From assembly GCF_018977255.1 (NCBI RefSeq), contig NW_024704742.1, forward strand, positions 98,892,001 through 98,956,000: 64,000 nt of DNA, given 5' to 3'. Every line of letters begins with the position of its first letter. Within the stretch, counting starts at the first letter, position 1. Positions 12,906 to 64,000 of this stretch are shown piece after piece. This DNA is from Callorhinchus milii (lineage: Eukaryota). The translations under genes were made by a program, and so were the position numbers. A model generated the notes under the pieces. The model was not told where the DNA came from. It ran no database searches and saw only the letters and a list, made by a program, of their open reading frames with translations.

Positions 12906-14878
12906 TAATGCAGCACACTCACAGGATTGCAATGGTTTCAGCCGAGACTATATGAGTTCAAAGTCCCAACGTCCTCCTGACATGAAAGGCGCTCTATCAA
13001 ATGCAAAGATTATTATTAATTCAAGAAGTGTTAGTCTGAAGTTAATCGAAACTCCAGCACAATAGTTATACAAATGTATTTCCGCGGTGTTGATGCTGGA
13101 GATTTCTATAGATAATGTGGCAATTGAAGGATTAAAAAACAGCAATGTGCAAATTTGTAAAGGGAAGAAAGTACGAGGCAGAAATAATCCAAGTCCATAA
13201 ACAGCATGTCAAGGGGAATTAGATGAATACTTGTTGAAAAATAGGATTAAAGGTTCTGAGGAAAAAACAGGGACCAGGATTAGACAGATGAGTGAGCGAC
13301 CTAGCACAGATATGGTGGATTTTGCTGTAAACATTTTAGGATTCTATAACATCTAAAGTACGCTCCACACTAAACATGATTTTCACTGGTAAATATTTAT
13401 AACAGAAATCCTATGTGGAAAGAAAGGCTTACAGAAAAAGATACTGTCAGGGATCTGAATACAAGGGATACAAGCTGTAGCCAAATGCAAGTATTATATA
13501 AATCAGACCCCGATAATTCTGGAAACAAGAAAAAGATCCTTTTTCACATCTTTTATGAGACATCACAGTCAATATGTTCTACGGCACCTGAAACAGGTGG
13601 TGTGGGGGTATTGTTTAGGTGATATTTCTGTCATATGAACCACACATTCAGTGTTCATGTAACACTCTGGCGTCATCATTCACTAATTAAATCATCTTAC
13701 AGGGAAATCATTTTATTAAATCTGATTTAATGATTTAATTGTCACCCCCCCAATTATATCTGATTAAAAGCACGACAAACAAAACAAAACCCTTGTTTTT
13801 TTGTTCATAAACATTTGTATTTGATTGGAAGGTTTATTTGTTACAGGTGACACACACCAGCTAGTCCCGCTGATTTGTGTCAAATTCCAAAGCAAGGCTC
13901 AGTGCTGTTTCTCTCTCTGTGCCCATCATTGTAGCTGCATGATGCGTGCGAAACGGGGTCAGATTTCAGCAGGGAACAAGCTGCAAGCTGTAGTGTTCTC
14001 AGCTGCCTAGGTTGAGTATAACATTTCTGGCGTTACAACATGAAGACTCTCTTGTTTTTTTCTTAAAGGGAGGAAGTTTGATTTCAATCATTGTACAGTT
14101 TATAAGGCTACAAATAATACCTCGCATTGATAGTGAGCATCTGCACACAATTATGTCTGTGATCAGTTTTCATTATTTTTCCCACAATTATTCTGTAGGA
14201 GGTTAGAGCAAGTGACTATTATGATTGTTTTGGTTTACTTCAAACATAGGGCTTGGACAATAATAGGCTGTTTCCACTTGGAGAGTTTGAAACAAGGAAG
14301 CATGAATATAAGGTAACACTAGCAGATCTAAAAGAGATTTTAGGAAGAACTTCTTTATGTAGAGGGTGGTCAGAATGCAGAACTCACTGCCAGAAGTTGT
14401 GGTTGAAGTAGAAAGCATCAACATATTTGAGAGGAAACTTGATGCATACACAAAGGGGAGGAAATAGAGGGTTATTGGAGAGAGGATTAGGAGGGGTGGA
14501 AGCTTGTGTAGAGCATAAACAGCGGCACCTATTATTCGAGGCGAATGGCCTGTTTCTGGGCTATAACATTCTATGTAGTTCTGTGTAAATTGGTGCTGTT
14601 CTGTGAAGATAGTAAATAGTCCAGAAGAGTGAGAACTAATGAGGGCTTTCTTCAGACAAGTGAATTAAATGGTGGTTACGTTTACTGTGGTTAAAAATCC
14701 AATGGAAAAGAACAAGATTCTATTTTACATCTAGGGATTAATCTTCTGAGTTGTATCACTCATTAATGAGCTTCATTTCTAGAATACAATATAATTATAT
14801 TAATGATTCAGCAACTCCATTACAATGCTGGCTCCATCAGCTCACACGTCTGCCTTAAAATGAAGTGCGAAGAAATAG

Positions 14879-15057
14879 CCAATTTCCAGGTTGTCAGGTC
14901 ACTGCTGATGTCACTGCCTATGTGTTGTCCACTTGCCCGCTATGCACAGAAAGTGAGCTGACATAATTTCCTCCCAGCTGTGACCCTTCCTGTGTATAGC
15001 GTGCATGCATGCAATGTACAAGTGACGTCAGTGGTGACCCAACAACCTGGAAGTTGG
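14879..15057. repeat. Palindromic MITE-like element
   Basis: 37-nt inverted arms 14879-14915 / 15021-15057 plus an inner inverted pair. Confidence 0.7.
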
Positions 15058-17199
15058 ACGTTTTTTAGCTTGTGCAACTTAGCTTGTTAACACCAGAAGC
15101 TGGGAGTACTGTGCTTCTGATATAGCCTGAGTCCATAGTAGTAATAATAATAATATTAATAATAATAATAATAATCCTTGCATTATATATTAGTATTAGT
15201 AGACCTGGAGTTAATTGGGGTACGTACTAAAGGACCTGTCATATAATAATCCTTGCATTTGATACAGCGCCGAAGATGCTTAAATGTCTCCAAGTGTTTT
15301 ACAGAGAATTGCTGTAAAGTGTGGTGCAATTTATCTTTAGCCAATTTGCTCACAGCAATCTCCACAAGCAGCAATGGAGTAAATGACTAATTTGATCTGA
15401 CTCAGGAAGAAACCGCCTTCCCTTTTCAAATAGTGTCATGCAATCCTGAACAAGCAGACAAAACCTCAGTTTAATGCCTCATTCAAACGATGGCACCCTG
15501 ACAACACAAAACCTCCTCCAGCTCTTTGTTGGAGTGTCAGTATAACGTGGCAAACTAATCATTTGTCTAACAATATCAATTGCTAATATTTACACCATGT
15601 GATCTTTCTGCTTAATTTCCAATGTATTTAAGTAATTCAACATTATGTTCTAGAATAAAGATAACGTAAGGCTGACTGAATTACTCAACAATTAATTTTT
15701 AGAAAGTGTTCCATGGAGAGGATTAAAATAACTGAATTAAAACAAATTGAAAGTCAAATGTAACAGGTCACCTTATAATTAGATTCCAGATTTACTTTTT
15801 TGTGAGCCAAATCATATTAATGTGGGCCAGCATAAATCTAGCTGGTGTTGCTGTTAAAAATGACTCAGAAACAATTACAATTGAAAGATAACAGGCTGAC
15901 GGCACTGATATATCATTACAGATTGTATGAAGATCAAATCTGCTATGAACTGTGACATTTTCTCTCTCCCCCCACCCCCAGCCCCCACCCCTTCACCCAC
16001 AAGCACTTTGTTAGAATGCCACTGAATAAATTATATAATGTAATCACTGGAACCCTCCACCCCTCTGTTCTACCTCCTCCTCTCCACCTGGCTTTAATTC
16101 TACCTCTGTGTCTGCACATAAGATCAACTCCCCTGTCCTCATCTCCATCCCTCCTTCCTAAGTGTCGAAATGAAGCACTCCAAAACATTATCCTGTGGGA
16201 AAGGTAATATTTATTTGCAAGTTGTTGGAGTTAATAGAAATGTTGGAAAAAAAGTTGTAATGTGTGATAACTAACACCTTGTTGAAACATATCGATGACT
16301 AAAGGGATGGACTGATTTGCAGGTGTGATCCCATGGAATCCGTATTCCAGCTCCAAAATCCATTTAAGGGATGATGATGGACTCACTGAGCTCATCCCTG
16401 TTAAAAGGGGATGCAGTGGAGAGGTTTCCTGCATTTACAAAGTACAGCATCAAGCATTGAGGTTTGTGGCACATCACTTCCTGCTTAGGTATCTTCCTGC
16501 TCAGCTTCCCATGCCAAAAATGGCTGATTTCCAAATCATCAGGCTATCACCACAAATGACATTGGCAGTAACACAATGAACTGGAAATCAGCTATATTTG
16601 TTATAGTACAGGAATGGGATGACATCCCAGCCAACTATGCACATATACAATGAAACTTGCTACTGTGCCTCGCTGCAGCACGAGCTAGGATTTGACCATA
16701 ACAAGGCTCCACTGTAGAAGTCATTTTTGTGTGACAATTGGGTTGTATTTTATGTTACTTCATTTCAGATATGCAAATTTTGTATCCATGTTACACACAG
16801 GAAAGATTCAAATAAATTGCCATCATTTTGTGTTATTTCTTTTATCTCCAAAATCTAAAAAAATCATTAACAAGGCCAAAAGATAATACCACAAACACAA
16901 AACAACAACAACAACAGCTTACACTTGTAATAGCGCCCTTCACATCGGAAAGGCATCCCAGGGCGAAGGACATCTGAAACAACGTTTGCAAAAAACAACC
17001 CATGCTCACTACTTTGTCTATGATATTGTTTCATTTCAGCAGGATATATTACACATATTGCAAAATGTACTCATTTTACACTCTGACTGTGTCTTTGAAT
17101 GAATGGGTTTTGTCTTCCACATGAAAAAAAATGACAGACTTAAACTTTCAAGTTGTGTTCATAGTGCAGTTACTTTATATTTCAGTCACCTTGACCATA

Positions 17200-63932
<46,733 letters not shown>

Positions 63933-64000
63933 CTCAGCATCAATCCTGAAAACGTCCACTTGGGAGTTTTTAACCGATGTACAGAAGCTAGTGAAGAATC

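Noticed and set aside
16210..16215. AATAAA on the minus strand as the TMC1 poly(A) signal
   Set aside because: One of several candidates in AT-rich DNA; cannot be chosen without transcript data

Overview
Vertebrate genomic DNA, most likely a cartilaginous fish such as a chimaera or elephant shark (inferred from the L2/CR1 LINEs, tRNA-derived and Deu-domain SINEs and Penelope-type repeats; not verified). The minus strand carries a complete TMC1-like hair-cell mechanotransduction channel gene. I reconstructed it by hand as 20 coding exons from 63932 to 17200 (2949 nt, 982 aa + stop). All phases are consistent and two introns have GC donors. About 12.7 kb downstream, in the same orientation, a second TMC1/2-family paralog (tmc2/tmc2a-like) begins; its first four coding exons (4534..1) run off the window. 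The introns and intergenic DNA are rich in repeats. Notable items are: a young 5'-truncated L2 LINE with an open RT frame and a 9-bp TSD; SINEs sharing its 3' tail; two Penelope-like fold-back insertions carrying a minimal hammerhead-ribozyme motif in the pre-mRNA sense; a run of five hairpins that may be an R2-like 3' end; local inverted and direct duplications; and an unclassified three-copy element. Most repeat boundaries are approximate.
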